DNA of 64,000 bases from an uncultured delta proteobacterium (lineage in GTDB: Bacteria; Myxococcota_A; Polyangia; Polyangiales; Houyiibacteriaceae). Position 1 is the stretch's first letter. Each line of letters starts with the position of its first letter. Below are positions 35,763 through 45,044 of the stretch, piece by piece. Under the pieces are notes generated by a model. That model was not told the origin of the DNA and did not search any database. It saw only the letters and a list, made by a program, of their open reading frames with translations. Made by a program: the position numbers and the translations under genes. The stretch is taken from the NCBI GenBank assembly GCA_963792825.1, contig CAWBXS010000002.1, positions 455,198 through 519,197 on the forward strand, read 5' to 3'.

Positions 35763-37025
35763 TTGAGAACGCTTCAGACGCTGCGTCTAGCCATTCTTTT
35801 CGCGACCATCTACGTCGTCGAGGGGATCATCGAGCCGACGACGGGGGTGGTGGCCGAACCCGTCGAGTCGCTGCTGAAACATTGGGGTGAGACGCCTGTA
35901 GAGATCGCGTCGTTCTTGGCGATTGTCGGGCTTCCGTGGTGCCTCAAGCCCCTGTTTGGATTTCTATCGGATTTTCATCCTCTGCATGGTTTTCGTCGCA
36001 GATCCTATCTGCTGATCTCCTCGGCGATGGGCGCGCTGGTGTTTTTGCTCTTGGCGATGACTCATCTCACGCATGCAAAACAGCTTTGGATTACGGCCCT
36101 GCTCTTCGTCGCCACGATGACGGTCGCCGCAACCGACGTCGTCCTCGATGCACGGATGCTCGACGTGACCAAACCCCTCGGGATCACCGCACGCATTCAG
36201 TCAGTCCAGTATGGCGCTGCTTACACCGGCGCAATGTTCGCTGGAGTGCTCGGTGGAAGGATCAGCGAATCGAGGCACACCGATGCTGCGTTCATGATTT
36301 GCGCCATGCTGATGGCGTTGCAATGGTGGATCATCTTCCGCTGGATGCGGGAGGCTCCCCTGCCATTGACGTCGGCCAGCGTGCGCCCAGACATCCGCGG
36401 AATATTTCGCGGGACGATTCGTTCACGAGCTCCGATGACCGTGGCGCTCTTGTTGGCCATCTTTCATCTCAATCCATTCACGCAGGCATCGATCTATCTC
36501 TATCTCACCGGTCCTCTACGCCTCAACAATTCCGTGTATGGAGATAGCCTAGCGTGGGGGTCGGCTGGCGGGCTCCTGAGCACGATCGCCTACGGCCTGC
36601 TGGGCTCCCGTTTGCCACTCCTCGTTCGCGCCAACCTTGGAATACTCGGGGGTGTCGTGAGCAGCTTGGCTTATCTGATTCTCGGTCGAGAGCGTGATCT
36701 TTACGCCATTAGTTTGTTGTCCGGATTCACCTACATGCTCGGAGGCTTGGCCTTGATCGATCTGGCGGCTCGCGCCTGCCCCACCGATGCCAGCGGCACC
36801 GTCTACGCGGTATTCATGTCTGTCTGCAACCTGTGTGCAGCGCTTGCGACGTGGCTGGGTGGCTACCTCTACTCCGGGTTCACGGAGGCGTGGGGAGCCA
36901 CGCACGGTTTCCAAGCCTTCGCGGTGTGCGGAGCAATCGTGACCGGGGCCTGTTGGGTGGTCTTCCCCAAGGTCCCGTGGCGAGAGCTCGCAGGAGCTTC
37001 CCAAGCTCCGACGCTTTCGGCATGA
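35763..37025 (+). CDS. MFS transporter, folate-biopterin transporter (BT1)-like
   Basis: LKPLFGFLSDFHPLHGFRRRSYLL matches the BT1/FBT signature (KPLxGxLSD..P..GxRRRxY). 12 TM helices. TTG start 6 nt after the preceding gene. Confidence 0.65.
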   Translation: MRTLQTLRLAILFATIYVVEGIIEPTTGVVAEPVESLLKHWGETPVEIASFLAIVGLPWCLKPLFGFLSDFHPLHGFRRRSYLLISSAMGALVFLLLAMTHLTHAKQLWITALLFVATMTVAATDVVLDARMLDVTKPLGITARIQSVQYGAAYTGAMFAGVLGGRISESRHTDAAFMICAMLMALQWWIIFRWMREAPLPLTSASVRPDIRGIFRGTIRSRAPMTVALLLAIFHLNPFTQASIYLYLTGPLRLNNSVYGDSLAWGSAGGLLSTIAYGLLGSRLPLLVRANLGILGGVVSSLAYLILGRERDLYAISLLSGFTYMLGGLALIDLAARACPTDASGTVYAVFMSVCNLCAALATWLGGYLYSGFTEAWGATHGFQAFAVCGAIVTGACWVVFPKVPWRELAGASQAPTLSA

Positions 37026-37029
37026 CATC

Positions 37030-37371
37030 TCAATTCAGGTTGCTTCCTCGGCTAGTCGGCCCGTTAGCTCGTCGGGACGTAAACTCGGCAGCGAAATGCT
37101 TTCCGGCGACGAGGCCAAGCCACGACATGACCGCGGCCAGAACCGCAAGCCGCGTGCTTCGCCGGCCGGCGACGGCGGCCATCGCTGCACCAACGCCAAG
37201 GCCGATCGCCCAAGCAAGGAACCCGAGCTCTCGCTTCGTGGCGAGCACAACGCCAGCCCACAGCAATCCCAAGGCGAGGGCAACGATCAACCCAACGAAC
37301 GCGGACAGAGCAATCGGTCGCTCAGGCGCGGTCTGGGACGGTTTCTCGGTTGAGCAATGCTGCGGCGGCAC
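37030..37371 (-). CDS. hypothetical small membrane protein (weak call)
   Basis: 113-aa ORF (GTG start) with three hydrophobic helices. It converges on the BT1 gene with only a 4-nt gap, and neighbouring frames are equally open. Confidence 0.3.
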   Translation of the reverse strand: MPPQHCSTEKPSQTAPERPIALSAFVGLIVALALGLLWAGVVLATKRELGFLAWAIGLGVGAAMAAVAGRRSTRLAVLAAVMSWLGLVAGKHFAAEFTSRRANGPTSRGSNLN

Positions 37372-37692
37372 AGCAGACCCGCAGGTTCGCGGGCTTAGGG
37401 GCGCGCGCCCGCTTCGATCTTCGCTCTCCTCTCGTCCATCGACTGGGCCTTGGCTTGAAGCTCGCTAGCTCGCCGAGCCATGGGGCCGAACTGTCTTCGG
37501 GGATCCGTTGCTCGCTCCCGCTGTTGGTGAGAAGGAACGTGCCGAGGGCGCCGCCGAGCGCGAAAACCGTGATTCTCCGGGAGTCCGGGACCGCCATGCC
37601 CCAAACGATAACCCAGATCGGGCCCGCTGGGTCTTGGCTGGCAGTCCCCCACTCCAAGGGCTTCTCTTCGCAGGCTATTTGCGGCAAGCTCG

Positions 37693-38127
37693 GTGCCGGT
37701 GGGAAATATGGACGACGAGAACCCCAGCATCCTCTCTCACGTTTCGATTGGAACCAACGACTTGGCTCGTTCGATTGCGTTCTATGACGCGGTTCTTCCC
37801 CCGCTCGGCTGCAAGAAGCTCTTCGAGTATCGCGACTTCGGTGCTGTCGCGTACGGAAAGCAGTTTCCGGAGTTCTGGGTGCAGAAGCCAATCGATCGTC
37901 AGCGTGCGACAACGGGCAACGGAACACACGTCTGTTTCATCGCATCAAGCAAAGAAGCCGTTCACGCCTTTCATGAAGCCGGCCTGGCCGCCGGCGCAAC
38001 CGACGACGGTCCGCCAGGACCGCGCCCGCAGTACAGCCCGGGCTACTACGCCGCGTTCGTGCGCGATCCCGACGGACACAAGATCGAAGCCGCCTATTTC
38101 GATGCCTCCCTTGGCGAGCACGCATGA
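37693..38127 (+). CDS. VOC-family (glyoxalase/bleomycin-resistance/dioxygenase) protein
   Basis: LSHVSIGTNDLARSIAFYDAVL, GTHVCFIA and VRDPDGHKIEA are typical paired beta-alpha-beta-beta-beta module motifs. 144 aa. Confidence 0.85.
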   Translation: MPVGNMDDENPSILSHVSIGTNDLARSIAFYDAVLPPLGCKKLFEYRDFGAVAYGKQFPEFWVQKPIDRQRATTGNGTHVCFIASSKEAVHAFHEAGLAAGATDDGPPGPRPQYSPGYYAAFVRDPDGHKIEAAYFDASLGEHA

Positions 38128-38146
38128 GCGCAGGGCCGGGAACGCT

Positions 38147-39670
38147 TTAGCGCGCTCGGGATGATCGGCGTCGTCGACGTCGGGCCATGATCAAAGCCAG
38201 GCAAACAAACAGGAAGAAACATGCCGAGCCTCGGTTCATGGGTCGGAGCGAACACCCCGAGGACCCGCCGCGATTCGACGCCCGAGGATTCGCTCCGGCG
38301 CCGCCCGAGCCACCCGAAGCGCCGCCTCCGCCGCTGCTTCCACCCGTGCCAGGCTCGTTGCTCGGGGTCGACGTCTTGAACGCGGCGCTGAGAGCCCAGC
38401 CAGGGTTGCCGTCGGCCGAGAAAGCATAGGCTCCGACGTCAGCAACGCCATCCCGAGGCGTGCCGTTGAAATCATCGAAGGTCACATGCGCAGAGCTTCC
38501 CGCTGACACGAGGGTGCCTCCGACCGCGGGAAAGAGATCCATGGGCGGCTCGCCGGCGAAGCTCGCCGCCACGAAGTCGGCCCCCAGATCGCCATTCAGC
38601 ATGCTGAGTGATCCACCGACCCCGCCGATTCCGACGTTCCCCTCGAAGACGAGTCCGGACGTACCGCCGTTGACGAAAAACGCTTGCCCGATTTGCGCAT
38701 AGAGTGCGTTGTTTGCGATCACGATCGGCCCGGAAATTCCACGCAGGCTCATCGCATTGCCGTCAGCCTCGACAACGGTGTTGTGTACGACCTCGAGGTT
38801 CGACGGACTTCCCGATTGATGCGGCTGCATCGCGATCCCGTCCGCGTTCGCGCTCAAAATGATGTTGTTGCGGATGGTGGCATCGGCAGCGGACTGAATT
38901 CCGTGATCGCCGCAGTTCCACATCAAGTTTCGTTCGATGACGTTGGGCGGGCCATTGGATGCATAGGTGAGTATGCAAGGATAGTTGGTGTCGTGGATCA
39001 CGTTGTCCCGGATGACGTTTCCAAAGCTTCCTTCCTTGAGCTCGATCCCATCACCTTGGCTCACTGATGGCTGATTGGTGTGGTGTACGTAGTTGCCTTC
39101 GATGAGGCTGTTGACCACTTCGCAGCCGCCCTCGTTGCAGCCGAGGTACATGCCCTCGCCGGTGTTGTTGGTATGGTGGATGTGATTGCCCACGATTCGG
39201 AGCGACTCGTAGGTGACGTTTGAATCATTGGCTCTGATCGCGACGTCCCCGGTGTCGTGCACCTCGCATTCCTCGATCGCGAGAAAACGCGCTCTGCTGA
39301 TCCGAATGCCGGCCGAGCCTCCGGAGAATTCGAGGCCCCGAATCGTGACGTACTGCGCGTCATCGATGTCGATGATGTTCTGACTGGCATCCGGGCGGTG
39401 AAGGTGCGGTGTCTCGCCGTCTCCTGCCCGGATGACGATGGGCGCTTCATCCGTTCCCGCGATCGCGAACGAGAAGCGTTCGGTCAGGTTGTACGTTCCG
39501 CCCGAAAGAACGAGCTCGTCGCCCGGACCGAGCGCGTTGATCATCGCTTCGATGTCGTCACTGGGCCCTGCAGTCAGCACCTCGGCCGCTACAGCCGCGG
39601 GAGAGCCGAACCCCGTCACCCCGGCGACCGCCATCGCCATCAGCGCGCCGCTCCGAATCCTCGAACCCAT
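38147..39670 (-). CDS. secreted right-handed parallel beta-helix repeat protein with MYXO-CTERM-like tail
   Basis: The start MGSRIRSGALMAMAVAGVTGFGSPAAVA is a signal peptide. There are repeated beta-helix rungs (IRISRARFLAIEECEVHDTGDVAIRAN; NHIHHTNN; NYVHHTNQ; NVIHDTNY). The C-terminus reads GGSSGCSLRPMNRGSACFFLFVCLALIMARRRRRR. Confidence 0.75.
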   Translation of the reverse strand: MGSRIRSGALMAMAVAGVTGFGSPAAVAAEVLTAGPSDDIEAMINALGPGDELVLSGGTYNLTERFSFAIAGTDEAPIVIRAGDGETPHLHRPDASQNIIDIDDAQYVTIRGLEFSGGSAGIRISRARFLAIEECEVHDTGDVAIRANDSNVTYESLRIVGNHIHHTNNTGEGMYLGCNEGGCEVVNSLIEGNYVHHTNQPSVSQGDGIELKEGSFGNVIRDNVIHDTNYPCILTYASNGPPNVIERNLMWNCGDHGIQSAADATIRNNIILSANADGIAMQPHQSGSPSNLEVVHNTVVEADGNAMSLRGISGPIVIANNALYAQIGQAFFVNGGTSGLVFEGNVGIGGVGGSLSMLNGDLGADFVAASFAGEPPMDLFPAVGGTLVSAGSSAHVTFDDFNGTPRDGVADVGAYAFSADGNPGWALSAAFKTSTPSNEPGTGGSSGGGGASGGSGGAGANPRASNRGGSSGCSLRPMNRGSACFFLFVCLALIMARRRRRRSSRAR

Positions 39671-39769
39671 GGTTTTCAGAGTAAAGAGCTGGCGGGGCGC
39701 GAGCAAACTGGGCAGAAAATCGTGAGCACTATCACAGGCCGGGTCAAATCCGATCTGCAACGGTCTAGG

Positions 39770-40370
39770 GGGCTTGCTGACCGGCGGTGCTCGTCGTGAT
39801 CACCGTGACGACCTCCGCAGGCACGGTGGCTCCAAGCGACTTGCGGGCCGCCGTAGAGCTTGCTCCAGTTTCCGCTCCCGCCCCCCTTGAACATCCAGAG
39901 ATTGTCATTCGTGAAGCCGCTCGCGCCCGCAACGACGTAACCGCCTTCGCTGGTTTCGAGAATGTCGTAGCCGGTGTCGGCTGTGGTCAGCGCATCGAGG
40001 TTGGTGACGGACCGCTTTCACGAATGGGCCGACGAAGCCGTAGACGAGGACCTGGAGCTCGGGGCCTACGTAGATCTTGCCGCTGGCTTTGTCTTTGATC
40101 TGCGGCGGTCGAAGATCGCGCTCATCGAGTGGTCTTCTGTCGGACCGAAGCTGCCGTTCTCGTAGCCGAGCCCGAGCGAATAGGTGCTGCTCTGACTGAC
40201 GGTGCTGCTCAGTGTCGATCATCCCATCGCAGTCGTCGTCGACCGGAGTTTGGCCGGACACTGTAGGCTCTTCCACAGTGGGTACGATAGTCCAACACGT
40301 CGCGCGGCTTCTTGTTGACGCCCAAATCACAAGAGGTAGGTGTTGGGCGATCGCTGAAGCCACGGCAAAA
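39770..40370 (-). pseudogene. multiply frameshifted remnant of a secreted repeat protein (tentative)
   Basis: Protein-like segments sit in three different minus-strand frames: ...VDDDCDGMID...; STYSLGLGYENGSFGPT; GKIYVGPELQVLVYGF; TNLDALTTADTGYDILETSEGGYVVAGASGFTNDNLWMFKGGGSGNWSKLYGG; LGATVPAEVVTVITTSTAG*. No single frame stays open. Confidence 0.35.
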
Positions 40371-40471
40371 CGCAGGGAATTCTGACCCCTAGCAACGGCT
40401 TAGCCGCGTCGACATCTGATTGCTCCGTGGCGCTAGCTTAGTGGGTAAGACTGCAGGGCCCAGGCGCTCCG

Positions 40472-41623
40472 TCAGTTGAGTGGCAGTGTGAGCACAGGCC
40501 CGCGAGTTCTCACGTTTCCGGACTGCAGTTGAAAGAGCTGATCGAGCAAGTTGAACGTCGACTTCGAGTTGAGGTCCGAGTCCTCGATGTAGAACCACTT
40601 CCCTCGATACTCCACACGGACGAAGGCGTCGTTTGGAACATGGTCGCTCGAGGCGACCCGAAACAGCGCGCCGGTCAACACCTGCCAGTCGAACTGGGTC
40701 CCGTCGCGATGTCGGGTCACCGTCACTCGTCCTGCTTCGACGTCCTGCGGGGGCGGCTCGACGCCCTGAGAAAGATAGCTCATCACGCCGATGAGCGCGC
40801 GCGGCAAAATGCCGATTTCGCGAGGCGAGCGATACGTCGGGTTCGTCGTCAAGAAGAACTCATTGAGGTCCGAGCGGAGGCCCAAAATTTCTTTCAAGCG
40901 TTTCGATTGCTCGGCGATCTCGGGAGCATCCCCGAATGCCAGGGTCATCACAAAGGGCGTCCCTGGGTCCCCGAGCGGGATCGTGTCGAGGGTCTCCTCG
41001 GGACCGAGGCGCCGGTAGCGCAAATCCAACGCGTCGGCTTGGCTCATTTCGTCGAATAGTGTTGCAACTTCGACGAATCGCTCGAAGTCCGGCGCGAGAT
41101 CAGGCGTCGGCCCAGCCGCAGTAGGCGCGTTCCACACGTCGTTGATCCGCTGGACACAGCAGCGCAGGAGACGTTCGAACCGCCAACCCGAGTGACTGAG
41201 GAGCACGAGCGCGCTCATCGGCACGGGGGATAGCAGGCGGTTCACGAACGTTTCGCCTTGAAGCGGCGTGTACGTGATGGTGGGTCGGTCTTCGTAGTAC
41301 ACGTCACCCCCAACGCCTCCCACTGTTTTACTGCCCGGCCCACCGATTCCGCCGACCGATGCCGAGCCCGAAAGACCCAGCACGTACTGGGTCGCGACGC
41401 TCGACACTTCGATGAAATAGGGGGTGTCGCGATAGCGGAGTCGGACGAGGTTCGCGAGCATCTGCTCGTTGCGGGTATCGATGATGGCCGAGTTGTAGTC
41501 GAAGCGCGTTTTTCGGATCGATTTGGGACCGACCTTCGTACAACTCGACAGAAAAACCATGGTCGCTACGCTGGCGAGGCAAACGGGAAATAGAGGGATC
41601 GCTATTCGCGGGGTTGCCGTCAT
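40472..41623 (-). CDS. hypothetical lipoprotein
   Basis: 383 aa. The lipobox is in LASVATMVFLSSCTKVG. The C-terminal segment RVEYRGKWFYIEDSDLNSKSTFNLLDQLFQLQ looks conserved. I cannot name the family. Confidence 0.65.
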   Translation of the reverse strand: MTATPRIAIPLFPVCLASVATMVFLSSCTKVGPKSIRKTRFDYNSAIIDTRNEQMLANLVRLRYRDTPYFIEVSSVATQYVLGLSGSASVGGIGGPGSKTVGGVGGDVYYEDRPTITYTPLQGETFVNRLLSPVPMSALVLLSHSGWRFERLLRCCVQRINDVWNAPTAAGPTPDLAPDFERFVEVATLFDEMSQADALDLRYRRLGPEETLDTIPLGDPGTPFVMTLAFGDAPEIAEQSKRLKEILGLRSDLNEFFLTTNPTYRSPREIGILPRALIGVMSYLSQGVEPPPQDVEAGRVTVTRHRDGTQFDWQVLTGALFRVASSDHVPNDAFVRVEYRGKWFYIEDSDLNSKSTFNLLDQLFQLQSGNVRTRGPVLTLPLN

Positions 41624-41827
41624 CTCGCCGCGAAAGGTATCTCAATCCACCAGTTTGTCTTGTCGCGATTCCACAATCTCGATCGGCCCATTTTGTTTCG
41701 AATGAGTAAACGGAAGAGTTCGACTCCATTCTTCAACTTTTTACTTAGGTCAGATCTCGTTTCAGACTGGCATTCGAAGGCACTTCAACTAAAAGAGGTC
41801 TCCAAGCTCCCGCTTCGGAGGTCGACC

Positions 41828-42478
41828 ATGGAACCCTTGCCTCGATTCGTCCCGCTGGACAGGATGGTTGCGTTCAGCGACGGCGTGTTCGCGGTTGTCA
41901 TTACTCTGTTGGTCCTCGGGATCGAGATCCCCTCGGACGCCGTTCTGACTGGATCTGCGTTGGCAACGGAGCGCGAAAAGATCCTCCACCAGCTCCTCAT
42001 CTACTTCGTCGCGTTTTGGCTGGTGGGGATGTATTGGTCCCAACAAAGTCTCTTTACTGCTGGGCTCAAGCAGATCGACCGGGGAACCTTCGTCCTCAAT
42101 CTCCTGCTTCTCTTGCCCATCACGCTGCTTCCCTTCGTCACCCAGCTCATGGGAACCATGCGCGATGACTGGAGGGCCGTTCTGAACTTCGCTCTAATCA
42201 ATGTACTCGCGACGTTCGTGATCGAGCGCATGTGGAGTCGCATCGCGGCTCTGCCCGAGATTCACGAGAGCCCTCAGACAGCGATGCTCGCTGCGAGGAT
42301 GCGGGTAGAGCTCCGCGTTCACGCGGCTGTGATTTTCCTCGGTGTTCTCGTTGCGCGGTTCGACGTGAGGGCAGGCACGCTCGTGTTCATTCTGATTCCG
42401 TTCGCCCACTTCTACAATTTCCTCCGCGATCCGTTTCGCTCTCGTTTTGACGGGCCATCCTCGGGCGAAACCAAGTGA
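41828..42478 (+). CDS. TMEM175/DUF1211-family potassium channel-like membrane protein
   Basis: ATG 41828 follows GGAGG. RMVAFSDGVFAVVITLLVLGIEIP is the DUF1211 signature (FSDGVFAI.ITLLVL). 6 TM helices, 216 aa. Confidence 0.8.
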   Translation: MEPLPRFVPLDRMVAFSDGVFAVVITLLVLGIEIPSDAVLTGSALATEREKILHQLLIYFVAFWLVGMYWSQQSLFTAGLKQIDRGTFVLNLLLLLPITLLPFVTQLMGTMRDDWRAVLNFALINVLATFVIERMWSRIAALPEIHESPQTAMLAARMRVELRVHAAVIFLGVLVARFDVRAGTLVFILIPFAHFYNFLRDPFRSRFDGPSSGETK

Positions 42479-42566
42479 GGACGAACCTCCGGGTCGGCGC
42501 GCGTCCCCGGGGTGCGGAGCGCTACATCTCGACATTCTGGGCAAGCGCGGTAACCGCCGTCGGGTC

Positions 42567-42806
42567 ATGGGTGAATATCAGAAGGTCGTGGGAATCATCA
42601 CGCTTTGCGTCGTCGCGCTGCTGCCCGGCGAACTACCTGCGCAAGACGACGGCATCGAGTCGGAGACACTGCAGGTCACTGTGGTCGAGTTCGCAGCGAT
42701 CGTTTCGATCTCTGGCTTCACAGCGGCCATCTCTAGCTCACTGTTTTGGGCGATCACACAATCCCCTGCAAAACACGGGGATTTCTCAACCCTAACAACC
42801 ACTTAG
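42567..42806 (+). CDS. hypothetical small membrane/secreted protein (weak call)
   Basis: 79-aa ORF MGEYQKVVGIITLCVVALLPGELPAQDD... with a second hydrophobic stretch. No homology recognised. Confidence 0.25.
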   Translation: MGEYQKVVGIITLCVVALLPGELPAQDDGIESETLQVTVVEFAAIVSISGFTAAISSSLFWAITQSPAKHGDFSTLTTT

Positions 42807-42857
42807 CCACATCGTCATGTTCAGGATTCGTCACTTCAGATCACGCGGTTTCAGATC

Positions 42858-42879
42858 TCGTGGTCAACATTTGGTCAAC
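42858..42879 (+). repeat. left copy of a 22-nt imperfect direct repeat (TCGTGGTCAACATTTGGTCAAC)
   Basis: 20/22 identical, in the same orientation, to 49000-49021. Internally it is two tandem half-sites (TGGTCAAC, TTGGTCAAC) about 11 bp apart. It lies in a convergent, A/T-rich gap. Confidence 0.45.
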
Positions 42880-42988
42880 CAGCCTGTAGGACGTGCCGCA
42901 AGAAAGGTAAGCGATCAGCCGCGCTCACGTCCGGTCCCAAATGTCCCCGTCTTTCCGACGGCTGCGGCTCAAACGCGCCGACGTCCGC

Positions 42989-43603
42989 TCAGCGCGAGAC
43001 GACTTCGAGCGCCGCCCCTGTGTTCTGTCCCCGCATTATGAGCTCCCAGCGGCCAGGCTCCTCGCCCTGCGGGATGGTCACCGTACAAGACCAAACTCCT
43101 TCGTAGATGTCTCCCGAGCTGGGGCTGTTGATGAAGCACGAATGGGTTCGACCTGAAGGACTCCTGAACGAGAAATTCCAGCGATCGACCCCCGAGGGGT
43201 GTGTCAGTGTCGCTTCGCACACGACGTTCGCAGGGGCGGTCGTGACGTCGACCAGCTTCGGATTGAAGTCGAATTCGACTACCTCCGGTGGGAAAGAGCG
43301 AGCATTGGCCAGGCACAGGGCCCCTAGTTGCGGGCCGCAGTCGCAAAAGCTCGGTGGGTAATCGTGCTGGGTACGGCAGACGCCGTCGTCAGCCGTCCGC
43401 TGCGCACCCATGAAGAGGAGTGAGTACGCCCAGAAACCCCCGATCACCCACGCTGCACCTTCCTCATCCGAGAACTCGATATGGAACTCATCCCTTTCTT
43501 CGTTAATCGGGATTTCGTTCACCAGGTCGGTCGTTACACTTACAGAAGCGGCGCACTCATCACCCATGTCGGTGCGACCATCGGCGTCCCGCAGAAGTAT
43601 CAC
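42989..43603 (-). CDS. hypothetical Cys-rich protein, probable N-in membrane anchor plus extracytoplasmic beta-sandwich
   Basis: 204 aa (GTG start). It has an acidic N-terminus, one hydrophobic helix (AAWVIGGFWAYSLLFMGA) and 9 Cys. The C-terminal GVWSCTVTIPQGEEPGRWELIMRGQNTGAALEVV is reminiscent of P-domain/PPC-like folds. Confidence 0.5.
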   Translation of the reverse strand: MILLRDADGRTDMGDECAASVSVTTDLVNEIPINEERDEFHIEFSDEEGAAWVIGGFWAYSLLFMGAQRTADDGVCRTQHDYPPSFCDCGPQLGALCLANARSFPPEVVEFDFNPKLVDVTTAPANVVCEATLTHPSGVDRWNFSFRSPSGRTHSCFINSPSSGDIYEGVWSCTVTIPQGEEPGRWELIMRGQNTGAALEVVSR

Positions 43604-43735
43604 GTCGAAGTGTTTCCGATTGACTAGGGTGTCGGTTCAGGCCCGGGCTTTCACACGGCTGAAAAAACAGCGGCGGGGCGACGAGGGCGGCTCGAAGTCC
43701 GACAATTGAATCAAAGGCCGTGATATGGTCGGGTC

Positions 43736-45019
43736 ATGCAGAGAGAGGTCGCCCCTCAGCCCATCGTCCTGCTCGCACTGTCGCTTTTCGCGGCGCTCGG
43801 CCTCTCGGGATGCGGCGGCGACGAACCCGATCCCTCCGCGGATGACTCGTTTCAGGATAGCCTGCAGCTCAACGCCGACGGACGCGTGATCGAAGCCAAC
43901 GTGCGTGACGACGCGCTTATCAGCGGCGATGCGGAATCGGGGGAGTACGTGTTCGATTCGCGCGTGCTGAACGATGCAGGGGTCAATATCGAGGTCGGAA
44001 ACGTCGTGCTGATTGCGGAGCAAGCACTCATTCGCGTCACCTCGACTACCCTGCGCGGCACTGACCTCGTCGTCAGCTCCGAGCCTGCGACGCTTCCCGA
44101 GCTCGTCGACGGTACGCTCAGTTGGAACTTACCTCTCGGCGGAGGGGACCAGCCGCTGCCAACGTTGCTGATTGGTGGAGAAGAGGTGGCGGGGGTCCGC
44201 AAGAATGGCAGCATCGACTACTCGGCCGACGTGGGAGGCTTCAAGCTGAGTCTCTCGTTCACGCCTACATCCAGCCGGAACGAGTTCAGCGTTCAGATGA
44301 CGATCGACAAAGGTGTCGAACCTGCGGTCGAATTCCGGGCGTCGGCAACTGGAAGGGTAAGCGGCTTCCGCCACCTGCTCGATGTTGCGATGAGCGGCGG
44401 CCGAACCAACAGGTGGAACTTCTCGGTGCGCAATCTCGACCTCGAGCTAGAGGTGCAGATGGCGGGCGCCAACACAGGCAATGCGAGCCTGGCGGAGCTG
44501 CTCCCGAGCCCATTCTCGCTTCGGATCCCGATTCCCACGGTACTGCCACTCGGTCTGAACATCGAGGTTTCGTTCGCATTCACTGCGACTCTCGAGCTTC
44601 CGGGGCTTTTCAACGCCTCGTCACAGGTCTCGGCAACTTATCGATACGGAGGTGATGCCGGGTTCAATTTCGAGGGAGCGACCTTGCAAGCGGATGGAGC
44701 GACGACGGCCGACAGCATCGAGCTCTCTGAGCCCAACACCGCTGCCACACAAGGCCCCGCAAGCGTGTCCATCGGCATCGGCCCTCGGTACTCGTTGAAC
44801 GCGCTGCTCGATCAGGTGAGCGCGCGTATCGAGACGCGCTACATTTTGGTAGGCAACCTGCGCGGGGATGCGTTGTCGGGCTTCTGCATCGAAAGCGGGG
44901 TTCAGCAAAGTGTCGTTGGCGTGGCGACGGCGGGCTTTTTTGGCATCAGTCTGGGGGAGGTCTCACATGAGTTCTATAGCAAGTTCGACAGCAAGGAGAC
45001 CGGCGATTGCAGTCCGTGA
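43736..45019 (+). CDS. hypothetical lipoprotein
   Basis: 427 aa. The lipobox is in PIVLLALSLFAALGLSGCGGDEPD. The composition is beta-rich and no family was recognised. Confidence 0.65.
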   Translation: MQREVAPQPIVLLALSLFAALGLSGCGGDEPDPSADDSFQDSLQLNADGRVIEANVRDDALISGDAESGEYVFDSRVLNDAGVNIEVGNVVLIAEQALIRVTSTTLRGTDLVVSSEPATLPELVDGTLSWNLPLGGGDQPLPTLLIGGEEVAGVRKNGSIDYSADVGGFKLSLSFTPTSSRNEFSVQMTIDKGVEPAVEFRASATGRVSGFRHLLDVAMSGGRTNRWNFSVRNLDLELEVQMAGANTGNASLAELLPSPFSLRIPIPTVLPLGLNIEVSFAFTATLELPGLFNASSQVSATYRYGGDAGFNFEGATLQADGATTADSIELSEPNTAATQGPASVSIGIGPRYSLNALLDQVSARIETRYILVGNLRGDALSGFCIESGVQQSVVGVATAGFFGISLGEVSHEFYSKFDSKETGDCSP

Positions 45020-45044
45020 TGGGCTTCGCGTCTGCGGCACCTGC

